DNA of 63,485 nucleotides, counting the filler, from Choristocarpus tenellus KU-1152 (taxonomy: Eukaryota > Protista > Phaeophyceae): NCBI GenBank assembly GCA_964200185.2. It is 10 parts of 10 records of this genome, joined end to end, with 100 filler letters (N's around TTAATTAATTAA, not from the genome) between each part and the next. Parts side by side here need not be neighbours in the genome. Positions count along the whole stretch, not along the records: positions 11,021 to 13,828 come from CAXNAD020024575.1; positions 13,929 to 16,763 come from CAXNAD020024326.1; positions 16,864 to 29,209 come from CAXNAD020001868.1; 7 more parts are not named here. One strand, 5' to 3'. How positions within the stretch are numbered: the stretch's first letter is position 1; each line of letters begins with the position of its first letter. The notes beneath the pieces are model-generated. The model made no database searches and had not been told where the DNA came from. It worked only from the letters and a program-made list of their open reading frames with translations. Shown here one piece after another: positions 13,364 through 25,200 of this stretch. Made by a program: the position numbers and the translations under genes.

Positions 13364-13721
13364 ACCTACTCCTCTGGCTCTGAAATGTCCTTGACATTGT
13401 TGGTATTGAAAGAGACGGATTGTGTGGTCCCGTGTCATGTATGTCACCACGGAGTAGTGATTTCTTTAAAAAAAAGTATTTATTTGGGTGGGCGATATTG
13501 AAGAGCAAGTGTTGTCCTGTTGGTTCAACACGATACATCACCTCCTTTCAAATTGACTTCAACATTATTCCTTGTGCGTCGTTTTCTCTACCCTCTCCAT
13601 CCTGTAATTTAAAAAAAAAAGAAATCGCTACTCCGCGGTGACATACATGACACGGGATCACACAATCCGTCTCTTTCAATACCAACAATGACAAGGACAT
13701 TTCAGAGTCAGAGGAGCAGGT
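13364..13721. repeat. Long inverted repeat (104-bp arms, 150-bp spacer)
   Basis: 13364-13467 is the reverse complement of 13618-13721, with 6 substitutions and no indels. Confidence 0.9.
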
Positions 13722-13790
13722 TGAGAGCATAGAAGGAACCGCTTCATCCCATGGATATATGAGCTACCCCTCCACTTTCCCTTTCCCCAT

Positions 13791-13828
13791 GGCTCAGAGT
13801 ATCTGGGAGGGGGTGGCCGATGTCCATC
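13791..13828 (+). mobile_element. MITE family A left end at contig end
   Basis: GGCTCAGAGTATCTGGGAGGGGGTGGCCGATGTCCAT. Confidence 0.75.
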
Positions 13829-14049
13829 NNNNNNNNNNNNNNNNNNNNNNNNNNNNNNNNNNNNNNNNNNNNTTAATTAATTAANNNNNNNNNNNNNNNN
13901 NNNNNNNNNNNNNNNNNNNNNNNNNNNNTTGTTCCTCGCCCCCCCCCCAACCTACCCATTCCCTCCCCCTCTCCCCCCCCCCCCCCCCCTCTTTTCCTCC
14001 CACCCACCCCCCCCCCCCCCCCCCCCCCCCCCCCCACTCTCCTTGTCTA

Positions 14050-14700
14050 CCCTCCCAATTCCCCCCACAAAAGCCACACACAATGTAATGTTCACAGATA
14101 TACATACAGCAAGCATATGCAATTGCACAGTACAATTTGTGGTGCTTCCCCTTTCCTTCCCCTCCTCTCCACACACCCTCCAGGCACATGTGGTGAGTGT
14201 GTAATACCCACCTCGTCAGCAAGTGTTACTGTGAAATATGAACTCTACACGATGGCATCACCCTTCCACTCAACAAGGTCATAGTGGATGGCACCCTGCA
14301 GAGACAAAATTACACATTTTTTGTACCTTCCACAAACAACATGCCACCCCCTCCTTCTCATCCCCTGTGGACATCCCCAACCTCCACCCCCAAAAGCCAC
14401 ACACATGCACACCATTACTACAGACACATACAAAGGGCAAGCATATGCATTTACATGCAGCGTACATGTGCCCACCTTCCCCTTCATCCTCCTCTCACTG
14501 ACATACATGACTGACATACATGGTCAGTGTATGACACCCACCTTGTGGGCAACGGTTGTGCTGTGAGGTACAAATGTCAGGATAAAAACTCAAATAAATG
14601 GTCTTGTCACTCTGCAGCCAATAAGGTGTACTTCAATAGAGTGCTGCAGGGACAGATATAACTACCTTTTTTTAAACTTTCCACACACAAACATGTCCTC
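14050..14700. repeat. Old diverged tandem duplication (about 320-bp unit, 2 copies)
   Basis: Colinear shared blocks: CAAAAGCCACACACA, GCAAGCATATGCA, ACCCACCT, CTGCAG-GACA, TTCCACA-ACAACATG. Confidence 0.65.
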
Positions 14701-15942
14701 TGCACTCCCGCCTCTGTGATATCCTCCACTTGGACCCTCCTGCCCATCCCCCATCAATGATCGTACACGCCCTGAATCATCAAACCTGTAAGTCAGAATG
14801 CACATCCTACCCCATCTAACCCCACCCAACCCCACCTAGAATGTCAGTGATCTTACCCCAGCATATTGCAAAGCTGTCCCTTGCCCACAATCCCCTTAAG
14901 GCAGCAGCACCCAAGTGGAAATATTAACGTAATCTTGTCGTTGTATGATTCATCAGCACTACATTTCCAATACCAGGGTAAAAAAAGAGACAACGGCTCA
15001 AGCAAAAAAAACAAAAACATTGTTCCATCAGGAATCATCGCCACGATGCAAAGATGAAGCAACAACAGGTTTCCTCCCAACAAGTGATGGGTGATGGCAC
15101 ATTCACAACTCCACTGACACAACCCAGGAAACATGCCTTCCTCAAGACCACAACATGCCACGATAATCAAGGGTGTAATATCTAAGCACGATGCTCTACT
15201 GCCCATGCTTCTGCAAACCCTTACCCTGCCTTCCCCACCCCCAGCCCAGTCAGTCCCTTTACCAACCCCTCCTCCTTCCCCCTTCTAGAGCCATTCTATA
15301 CATTTTAGGACTACTATTGAAATGCTAAGAAAAATAGACAAAAGTAGTTGAAAGGTGGTCTGCCCTACTGCAGGCGGGTTGTGTACGAGAAACTGTGACA
15401 CCATACAAAACACAACACAACATAAAATGACACATACAAACATAATACATATATTGGATTTCAAACAAACACCAGCAAAAAAAAAAACATTAATGCCATG
15501 AACCGCAGAAGGAGGTCAAAAACAAATGAGAGAATGGTGGGCCATGCAACCCCTATAAAAAAGTTGATACACACCTAACCTTGTAAATAAACAATTCCAC
15601 TCCCTGTACCAGGCACAGGAATTCACTGCCCCTGCTCCATTCCATGTCCCCCATCCGCTCTGCTTACCCTATGCAAGTTCTCCGTTTCACAATAGTGGCT
15701 CAGAGAAACCTCATGGGCTCCTGCATAACTTTCACTTGGCACCAGCAGCAGCTGATATATTGCAGATATATATCTTTTATTGCAGAGGTTACCCCCACAT
15801 GCCTTTCTAACCTTAACTCCAGTAATGCCCCTCCCTTACTCCACCAAACCGTCAATTAAATATCCAGGGTGGAGCACTCGTGCTCTCATTTCCGGCCCAG
15901 ACAGACCTGCAGTGTAGTGTGAATAGTGTCTGGTGATGGTCC

Positions 15943-16041
15943 TCAGTTAAAGGGAGAGAAGTGTCGCACAAACCAGGCATGCTGGAGAGCTTGGGCTGGG
16001 GTGATGCGTTTGGAGGGGTCCTTCTCAAGGAGCTGCAATAC
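15943..16041 (-). CDS. Terminal exon of a Ser/Thr protein kinase (subdomain XI)
   Basis: Polypyrimidine tract plus CAG acceptor, then VLQLLEKDPSKRITPAQALQHAWFVRHFSPFN*, matching the canonical LxxDPxxRxTxxxALxHxWF motif. Confidence 0.85.
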   Translation of the reverse strand, partial: VLQLLEKDPSKRITPAQALQHAWFVRHFSPFN

Positions 16042-17049
16042 CTGATGAAGAAGAACAGTCAAGGAAAGGAATGGGGGAGGTGAGGAAGGAGGACTGCTGG
16101 TTTGGCAGTAGATGGGGGGCAAGTAAGCATTAAGGTGGGCATGTTCCACTCTAGAGGGCCATGTATTCGAAATTGATTGGCTTGTCCACCAAGAGGGATT
16201 GGATCAGCAGGGCTAATTCCTTGACATAGTAAAGTTATAGTTTCAATATATACATATCAATAACATGGTACTACAACACAGCACCTTCCAAAAAAGAAAC
16301 ACCACCCATTCATTACACAGGAGTAGGTGGGGAAGTGACAAGGACATGCGCGCTTCATAGAGATACCCTCTTGAAGTAAGACCTACCACGGACAAATTTC
16401 ACCTCACTCTCAGTGTACTGTGTTTAGCATTGAAAAAAAAAAAGTCATCAGAATTTCATGCCCACGACCTCGGTAACTGAGCTCTGACCATCGCGAGTCT
16501 TGAAGCACCCCCCTCATAACTTTCCTACACCTTTGCCACAAGTCAACCCAACCTGTACGATAAACAGACCCAAAACAACACTGCATTCATTCCTCACACA
16601 TTCATTGTAATGTGACCCCCATTCCATGCAACACCTTTCAGTCACCAAAAAATTTGCCTGACCGACAATTCAACAAAAAACAGAATTCAGTTCTTTCTCC
16701 TCCCTCCCCCCCCCCCCCCCCCCCCCCTCCTCTCTCCCCTCTTTTCTCCCCTCTCCCCTATCTNNNNNNNNNNNNNNNNNNNNNNNNNNNNNNNNNNNNN
16801 NNNNNNNTTAATTAATTAANNNNNNNNNNNNNNNNNNNNNNNNNNNNNNNNNNNNNNNNNNNNAACCAAAGAAGCCCCAACGGTAAATGATGATAAGAGA
16901 TCCTAAAAATGGCTCAACGGCTCAGTTCTTCTGACCCAGAGGGCCCTACTTATTCAGTTCTCTCTTTCTGATATCGATTATACAATTTCATTGTGCTACT
17001 TGAGATTCACCTGAGAGTACTATTGTTCTGCTGAGCTGACGTGCGTTAA

Positions 17050-17520
17050 TCTGTTAATTGAATTTGACTTGGACATCCTGGAAAGGTGAGCATCGAGGGG
17101 CGCCTGTAACAGTACAGGCACAGATGCCCACAAGTTCGGGGGGGTTGGGGTCTATCCTCTATGAAGCATCGCCAGCATGTAGGCTTTGTAGTATCACTGG
17201 TGGCCACTCTCTCTACCCCTTTAAGCAAAGCAACAAGGGCCTCATGGAGAATCCTTCTCACATGCCATCTGTATGAGCCCCACAGTTAGGGCCCTGGGAT
17301 CATCTATCCACACCCTCCTCTTGACAGGAGTCCCTTCAGAAGACTTGGCGGGAGGCTACACCAGGAAAGGAGCTGTCGAATCCCGTTTACGACATATAGT
17401 GTCTGTCACTACACAAGTGGCTCTATCAAGACGTGTCACGTGTTTCAAGCTGTTGGCACTAGAGAGGTAGGCAAGGAGGGGTATGTCAGATTCTTGGGGT
17501 GCTTCCCTAGCTCCTCGCCC
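17050..17520 (+). mobile_element. Decayed 3' fragment of a non-LTR retrotransposon (probably an RLE-bearing clade)
   Basis: GGYTRKGAVESRLRHIVSVTTQVALSRRV is homologous to 21160-21330. It resembles the C-terminal helix after the restriction-like endonuclease (recalled from family knowledge, not searched). Confidence 0.55.
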
Positions 17521-18171
17521 TGTGGTGTAGGGCTAAGCTAGGTTGGAGGCATAGGAGAGGAGTGGTGTAGCATAGCTGGTAGTAAAATAGTAAACAGTTG
17601 ATAGAAAAATATATTTTATAATTGCAACAACTGTCGCTTTTACAGGGATTCTTATGATATTGAATTGACATTTCATTGGCTTTTCCTCTGACACATCTGC
17701 AAATTGTCAAAGGGCATTATAATATAAATATGTATTTACGTATTTAACATCTTAGATGTGCATTTCCTTCTTCTGACTGTTAATGATAATGTCAAAACAA
17801 TATGCAAAACATAAGACTCCTTCGACATGCCTTCACCTTCACGACCTTGTAAGTGGCGACTTTTGGAATAGTTACTCCATATCCATGCCAACACATATCT
17901 TAGGCATCTCCCGCATTTGTTGGCTCGGAACTTGTGAAAGGGCATGAGTTTTCAGGAACGGATTTCGATAAACTGATCTACGTACAGGTGATAACCATTT
18001 GACCGGGTTCATAAGAATATACACAAACTTCTTACATCCAAACACGAACCCAAAATATAGAATACATGCGAACCTCTAAGTAGCGTAAGTTCCACTCTGT
18101 GTGAAAAATGGTTACCTGCTCCAGGGTATAATAATGATTTTGCTACGTACTATTTTATAGAAGGAACATAA

Positions 18172-18355
18172 GGCTCAAAGTATCTGGGGGAGGGGTGGCG
18201 GCTGTCCATTTGGGGCCTATTTTTCCATGTCGTAATTTTTGGGTGATTTGGTTGCATGTGTTGGATAATGTAAGTGCACGTTTCCTGGTCAGGGCCCAAA
18301 TGGACACCCTGGTGTAGACCCCCCCACCCCATCCCCTCTCCAGATAAATTGAGCC
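18172..18355 (+). mobile_element. MITE family A full copy
   Basis: GGCTCAAAGTATCTGG...CCAGATAAATTGAGCC; flanks ATAA/TTAA. Confidence 0.9.
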
Positions 18356-18766
18356 TTAAAAATAAATGGAACAATTATCACTTCATACCATGGAAAAATG
18401 TTAGATAAAATGAAGTATAAATACTTAGAGCGTTGAGAAAAGAACAAGTGTGTCAACTGTTTCTTGGTAGAGATTTGAATCTTGATTGGTGTCTTTGGCC
18501 CTTGAGTGCTTGATGTCACCCTTCTGCTGTGTTAGTTGACTTTTTCTGAAGCTTCTACAGTCCGTGGGGCGAGGATGTTATAAAACCTAGCGAAGAGTGA
18601 AGAAGATTGTTCTTGCCTCATCCATGCTCTACCCAAACTAGGCTCTGAATCGTTCCCATTTTAGTAGTCGATCTGGCAAGAGGTTCAACTTTGAACTACG
18701 ACTATAATGGTGGTGTACTGGTCGCTCTATTTAGAAGCTCCTCCATTAAGTTGTCGAATATTCTTT

Positions 18767-19097
18767 GGCTCAAAGTATCTGGGAGGGAGTGGCGGCTGTC
18801 CATTTGGGGGCAATTTGTCCATATCGCAATTTTTGGGTGATTTGTTGCATACGTCGGATGGATAGTGTAAATGCACTTTCCCGATTTTGGTCCATATGAA
18901 CACCCTGGTGTAGAACCCCCACCCCCCCCCCCCCCCCCCCCCCCCCTCCGTTTTTTTCCTTCCCCCCCCTCTACCACCCCCCTTNNNNNNNNNNTGGATT
19001 CGGGGGGGGGATGTTTTAAAATCCCTTTCCCCTTTTTTGTCCCTATTAACCCCCCGGGTGAACCCCCCCCCCCCCCCCCCCCCAGATACGTTGGGTC
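18767..19097 (+). mobile_element. MITE family A copy with a small internal assembly gap
   Basis: Both termini are present. The poly-C region and a 10-N gap at 18985-18994 probably inflate the length. Confidence 0.8.
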
Positions 19098-20254
19098 TTT
19101 CTCTGATCTGCCCCGTACTGTCATACACTGTTTCCCTTCCAACTGCATTGTTAGGATGATGGCAGTGGACTTGACAGTGTTTTTTTCTCTCTTCAGGTAG
19201 GAAACACCATGCTTTGCACTTCTATTTGATCCAATATGTTGGCCAAAAGAATTGGAAGCCCACTTGAATAAAGATTGATTAGATGGTATTTTGTAAATAT
19301 AAACTATAGAAAAAAGTTGACCTTAACTGGCATAACGTGTCCTACAGTCCACAACAAAAAGGATTTGTAGCATAGGTCCAGGCCATTTCCTACAGCTTTA
19401 TTCCAAGACTCACTTTCTTGTCTTAAAATTCTTAATAGGCAAGTCTACTGCACAGTTAGTCTGACAATATAACGTGGTACATTCTCTCACCAGAATGCGG
19501 GTTCATTGCAGACTGTGATACTTCCAACAGTTGTCCTGTTATACCTAGAACCTTGATGTGCAATGATTTGTGGAGCAGATCACTACGAATCCTGAGGAAA
19601 TTAGAGACAACCTCCAATAACTTGATTTGAAGGGGGGTGAAGTGGTCACTGGAGGGACAACAAGGGCTCGATAGGATCAGAGATTGACATTTTGACTCAG
19701 ACAAATCGTATGTACCACCTACCTCTACTCTTCTATCAATAATAAGAGCTTTGGAGAGAGTATCAGCAAAAAACGCACAGAGTTATTGGACAGCAAAGAA
19801 GGGGCAGAGTCGCCCACAGGTACCCCCAAAATGAAAGGACCCTTGAATGGGTCACTCAACTTCCTATAAATCTTATCTAGACCTTTCAAGTAGTCTAAGA
19901 AATACCATCATATATATGTTCAGGGTGTGAGTAATGCAACCTGAGACCAGCTCTGCTACTTTTGTTGTAAGGTACCACTTGAGTGAGTGTAAAGCATCCA
20001 ATTTTGGTTCGGTATTTGTACCTACTCTGATCAAGGGTCAGTCCTTGATATTCGTACTGATTGCGAAATCTTGATCTTACAAGATCGCTCTGGTGAAGTT
20101 TGCTCGCTTAGTGTGGCAGGCTCAATGCTCAAGGATGAAGGAAGACGGGGATGCCTGGGAGATCAGTCAATTTAAAACTGGATCACTGACTGTTCAGTTA
20201 TTGCTTTTTAATTCTGTGGTTTAGAAATACAATACAAAGAAACACAAAATTCCA

Positions 20255-20967
20255 TTACTTCAATATTGTATCAAAGTACGGATAGTGTTGTAAGTAATTA
20301 TGGAACACACACATATATATAGGGTAGTGTGGAAGTGTCAAAGGTGCCAAGTTCTCTGCTCAAGGGGGCAATCACAATCACCGGACTGAAACTCCTTCAC
20401 CTCAGAGGGTGAGACCGAGTTTCAAAAGTCTTGGCTCAACATCTCAGAACAGATGAGGAAATCCAGCACAGACCAAAACCTTAAAACACAACAGATGTTC
20501 ACGAATGAATGAGCAACATCACAGCAAGGTGATGGATTAATCAGAATCGGAATGGTTCTTCGTTCTGATAGTCCATTTTGGCTGTTTGGTCAAATCCGGA
20601 TCTTATGGGTGTGATTGGTTCATCGGACTGGTCGGTATGGATGAGCTCAAATGACGTGGTTGGCGCGCGCAATTGTATATGACCGCGCATCTAATGTATA
20701 GTGTGTGTGTCGGAGATCCCAAAAAAGGAACCTGTCCCTGACAGTAGCAATATTACGCTGTAAAATTTCTTGAAGTCCACAGGTTCTTTCATGCGAAATA
20801 TTTTCAACTGACCAGGGAAAGTTCTACTACTTCAATATTGTATCAAAGTACAGATACTATTTTGTAAGTAACTGTGGAACACATTTAGGGTTGGTAGCAA
20901 TATTATGCTGTAAAACTTATCAATCTCCACAGATCCTTCCATGCGAAATATCTTCGACTGACCGGGG
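20255..20967. repeat. Tandem duplication of the tRNA-Leu 3' flank (about 140-bp unit; the first copy is split by the solo LTR)
   Basis: TACTTCAATATTGTATCAAAGTAC...GTAGCAATATTA...CATGCGAAATAT...TGACCRGGG occurs twice. The first copy keeps only 9 nt of the tRNA end. Confidence 0.8.
20328..20743 (-). mobile_element. Solo LTR of the Gypsy family seen at 34459
   Basis: TG...CA ends with a perfect 4-bp TSD GTAG (20324-20327 and 20744-20747). High-identity reverse complement of 34459-34864. Confidence 0.92.
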
Positions 20968-21038
20968 TGGGATTCGAACCCACGCGTTTGCAAACCGCAA
21001 CCTTAACACAGCTCCTTAGACCGCTCGGACACCTGGTC
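20959..21038 (-). tRNA. tRNA-Leu(AAG), probably a pseudogene
   Basis: GACCAGGTGTCCGAGCGGTCTAAGGAGCTGTG-TTAAGGT-TGCGGTTTGCAAACGCGTGGGTTCGAATCCCACCCCGGTCA. A and B boxes are intact, with a long variable arm and an AAG anticodon. There is an A-C mismatch in the acceptor stem and three G-U pairs in the anticodon stem. Confidence 0.85.
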
Positions 21039-21149
21039 CATCACTTTAGAGATATCAATTTAGTATTATTATAACCTAACTCAAAACACGGAATTAGTGA
21101 TGGACATAAGAATGAGAGATTGACGCTGATCTCTACTACGCATGTGATA

Positions 21150-21330
21150 GGGGGGAGAAGGACAGGAGGTTACAGCAGGAAGGGGGCTGTCAAATCCTGT
21201 CTACGACAGATAGTTTATGTCACAACACAGGTAGCCCTCTCCAGACGGATCATGCGTTTTAAGCTGGAAACACCAGGGAGATGGGGAAGGAGGGGGTTGT
21301 TAGATTCGTGGGATGCCTCCCTAGCCCCTC
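21150..21330 (+). mobile_element. Second decayed 3' fragment of the non-LTR element
   Basis: GGYSRKGAVKSCLRQIVYVTTQVALSRRIMRFKL aligns without gaps to 17350-17470. Confidence 0.55.
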
Positions 21331-22293
21331 ACCATTCAAATATGGGAATAGGGTTTGTCCAATTTTTGTTCAAGTACTGTCACTGACATGCAACAAATTT
21401 TTTCTTCCTGATGTAGGTGCCAGCCGGTTCTGACAGTACTTGTGAAAATGTTGCATTGAATATTGTGAAAAGCCCTGGACAGTGAGTGCCCAGCACGTCA
21501 CACTTTCATCTCAAGCTACAAAACACAAAAAACTCAATAGAACCTGTGGATTGGAGAAGTTATGAGAGCTCCCCAAAACAAAAATAAGTAAAGTCTATCC
21601 CAAGCCCTGTACATTCACACCTGTACATTTACGGCAATGAGCCAATCAGCTTCCGACGAAAAAAAATGGTCCAAACAAACTTTTGACGCACGATAGTCAA
21701 CAAGCCTGACTACACGATAATCTAATCTTTCGGGCACTTGAAACTCAACAGAATATCCCCTTCCCACAAACGGCTCTATAGAAACATCAGAGGTGCCCTA
21801 AGAAAGAGTTGAGTCCAATCTCCACCGTCTGGTCAGTCACACATGAAATGAAGGTTAGCTCCTAGTTTCAATCATTCCCTTTAGGCCTTTCTTGCGATCA
21901 CTGCTCTCTTTTAAGATACCAATCTAAAGACAAAACCCTCATATTTTGAAGTGGAAGAAGATTTTGGGACAATTTCCCCCCCAAAGAAACAGGAACGGGG
22001 GGGGTTACAGCTCAATGTCAGCAGGAAAATTAAACATTCTACACACACAAAACATGTACGCAACATTGTCAACAAAACCACTGCAGGTTCAGAAATAACT
22101 TCAATTCAAGTATACTGCAGTAGTTCCACGAAGATCAACTTAATACCAAAACCAAAAACTTGCCAAAAGTACACCACTCCATAGGGAAAGTTCCTTCCAA
22201 AACATAACTGCAAACAAACCCAGACACCTCAGGTGCAGGCCCAATCATGTACCGCTCTGCCTTGGAGCCTCCCCTTTACATCCCACGGAAACA

Positions 22294-25200
22294 TCATCGC
22301 CGCCCTCCTTTACCCTTTTTCTTAGAAGTTACAGTCTCCCACCCATCTGGATCAGGCCCTCCAACAGCCCCTGCACTCTCCTCTTCCCCTTCTACATCCA
22401 TGCCCCCTGCCCTTGCCCCTTCTGCCATAGCTGATGTCACCCCTGGGCTCAACCCTGGCGCCCCTCTATGATCACTTCCGCCCTCCTCATCACTGCTGCT
22501 GTCATCATCACCCCTGGCTACTGGCATGCTACGTGCTGCCCCTGACGCACGACCCGGCACTCTGACGGCCAAAATGCATAGATGGTGAAGATTTAAGCAT
22601 TAAACAGGATTGATCGAGGGAGTGATGTAGACCCCAAGAGTGGGTGAGACAGGGGAGGGGAGGTAGGGATATCCAAAGGGGAAGAGCATTCAATAGTCTT
22701 GGAGATATCTTTACTTCCCTTGCAGTTAGCTTGGTCTGTTCATACCACAACTTCAGTTTCAGAGCCAAACCAGGGCAGGGTGGCTACATATGTTGGGTGA
22801 AGCAATGGGATCCTGTTGGCCTAACTTAAGTGTTACCAACCATACAATGTGAGATGGATGGGGTGTCCCAGGCTTTGATGGCCTGTAGAAACCAGTATAA
22901 ATGTGTCAAAATCGAAAATTTGCCTGCATGCACCACACACAAAAATACAAAGGAATAAATATGCTTGGAAGCTCTAGAATATCAACCACACTGTGTATCC
23001 AAGGTACAAGTGTGTAGAGGCAGACGAACCCAACATGGTTCCACATTATTTACAGAAAAAAAAATCAACCGACAAAAAAAGTGCGGTGGAGGTTACTACA
23101 CTCCACTCCACTCCACTCGACCGCTGCTTGCTTCAGCCGGCTGGCAACTGGACTCTCTCCTCAAAAGTCATTTACAACTTTCAGGTGCAGCCTAATTCGC
23201 ATCCCGGTACTGTGGGAGAAGAGGAGAGATTTCGCAAGCTGTCTGACGCTCATTATTCACACAGTATCAATCAAGCTGCTCAAAGGAACAACAGAGAACA
23301 TAAAAATACTAGATTGGAGGGAAGCAAGGATGAGAGAGGAGTCACGTTGGCCTTGTACAAGAGAAAAATAACGCAACAGAGGTGAGTATCATGCAAAGCA
23401 CCAGGACTGCATATGGTATAGTGCAACAAAGACCTGTGTGCGAAGAACTCAAGGAGGCACACGCAGCGTGTGCTTGCATCTAATGAGGCAGCGACAAAAA
23501 AAATATTATATATATATACCCTTACCCTGGATGCTTGGTGCCTCTCTCTATCGCAGCATTTGCAAGGGTAAAGTTGAACTTTCCACACTGTGTAAACATC
23601 TGCACCAGAACCTCAGCCACCTGGACGCCATCCCATACGAATCATTAGATCATCGACACAATCATGTAAACACAATCGTGTCAACACAATCGTGGTGGGG
23701 GTGCCAATGGGCAGCATAGAAGGCACACTTACCCACGGATACAGAAACTAGCAGCATAATGTTGTCAGCATGAAGAGGGTTGATCATTGCGAAAGGTGAA
23801 CCTAGGCAAGCTGGAGTTTGATGGAGGAACCAGAAGCTACTAAATTCGCATGCCCCATGTACCCTTCTCTTGAACAAGGTGGGTGTTTGTTTGTTTTTGG
23901 GCGAACCATGAGAAGATGGGAAGGGTGGGGAGGTCAGGCGAGAAGAGGTTCTTGAATGTTGGGAGGAAAAGGGCCGTAAAACATCGAGAGTATTGAACAG
24001 CACAGGATTGCGTATGTATTCGCCCACCTGACCCGGGCTTCCGTCCTCAGTGTAAGTGGCAAAATTGTCATCTAAAAAGTCCGCGAGGTAGTCTTCAACC
24101 TTCAACGACAGTACAATTTCACAGAATAGGCAGGAAGGCAATTTAATTCGGACAGGGGGTAGGCATGGCAAACTGCGCATAGAGTGGAATGGAAAGAGCA
24201 GAACGGAAGTTAAAACTATTAAGCTGATATGAAGGGTGAAGGTGATTCCTATGAAATTGGGCCATGGCCTTGGGAGAGGGACTCTTCCTGTGAATTTATT
24301 AAAAATGAGAGTTTTCCATACAATCCTTCACACAACTTTGTAGTACAAATCCAGCAAGTTGTCAATGTGCAACTGTTGGGGTGACAGTTTATTTCAGGAG
24401 TGATGTAGTAAAGTACATCACACCTCCCCATTTTTCCTGCGAGCAAGAAGAACACAGGGATGGCTACATACCAAAGTTGGGAAATCAGCTACGAGAATAT
24501 GATAACGATGACATAAAACCTCAAGATTAAGAAAACCTTCCCAGGAAATTACATTATCTCCAAAGAGTAAGAGGGGATTCGATTTTGACCTTTTCAAGTT
24601 TGAAGGCCTTACTAATCCTCGTGCAATATAAAGGATGTCCGTGCTTAAAATGCAGCAATCGACCTAAAAAAAGGTTTGACTGTAGAAGAAAATACTACCT
24701 GTGAGTACATCGCTAGCTGAAAGTGTCCTCGACAGTGTGAAAAACAAGGTTATCACAAAGTAGTCTTAGCGAGCCTTACAATTCAATGATACCCCCTTCT
24801 TAGCTGGGATTACTCCAAGTGCAAAAGGTAGTATAGCGTCAACCTATGAGTGAACAAACCCGGACAAGAACACCATACAAGTTGAAAGTATGGGGAAAAA
24901 CAACGAATCAGAGCTGTTTCATTATCAGTGCAGTTTTCTCCAAGGAGGACCCACAAGCATGCATGGCGCAGTCGCATTTAGCGTCGGCGTGGCAGGGAGT
25001 CCAGGCTTGAGTCAAGCACACTTGTGATGCCGGAGCCAACAAGTTGAACCTTATTCAATGTTACACGCATCCGTAACAATAGGCTACATGTCACAATTGC
25101 AACCACCTAGAGTCAATCACCTCATCTCGGTAGAGCTCTTTCTTTGTCTTGAACATGGTTATCAAGCCCTCCTCCAGTATGGCAGCCTTTCGGTTCGAGT

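Noticed and set aside
17096-17112. 17-bp identity GAGGGGCGCCTGTAACA with about 29789
   Set aside because: No similarity extends on either side; treated as chance.
22294-22572. Acidic/basic ORF resembling a LINE ORF1 or gag
   Set aside because: It splices in frame as the last exon of TSR2.
23662-24180. 172-aa ORF with HGAC and HWHPHHDC motifs suggesting a KDZ transposase
   Set aside because: Only 24099-24028 is coding (TSR2 exon 3); the rest is intron read-through and the motifs are coincidental.
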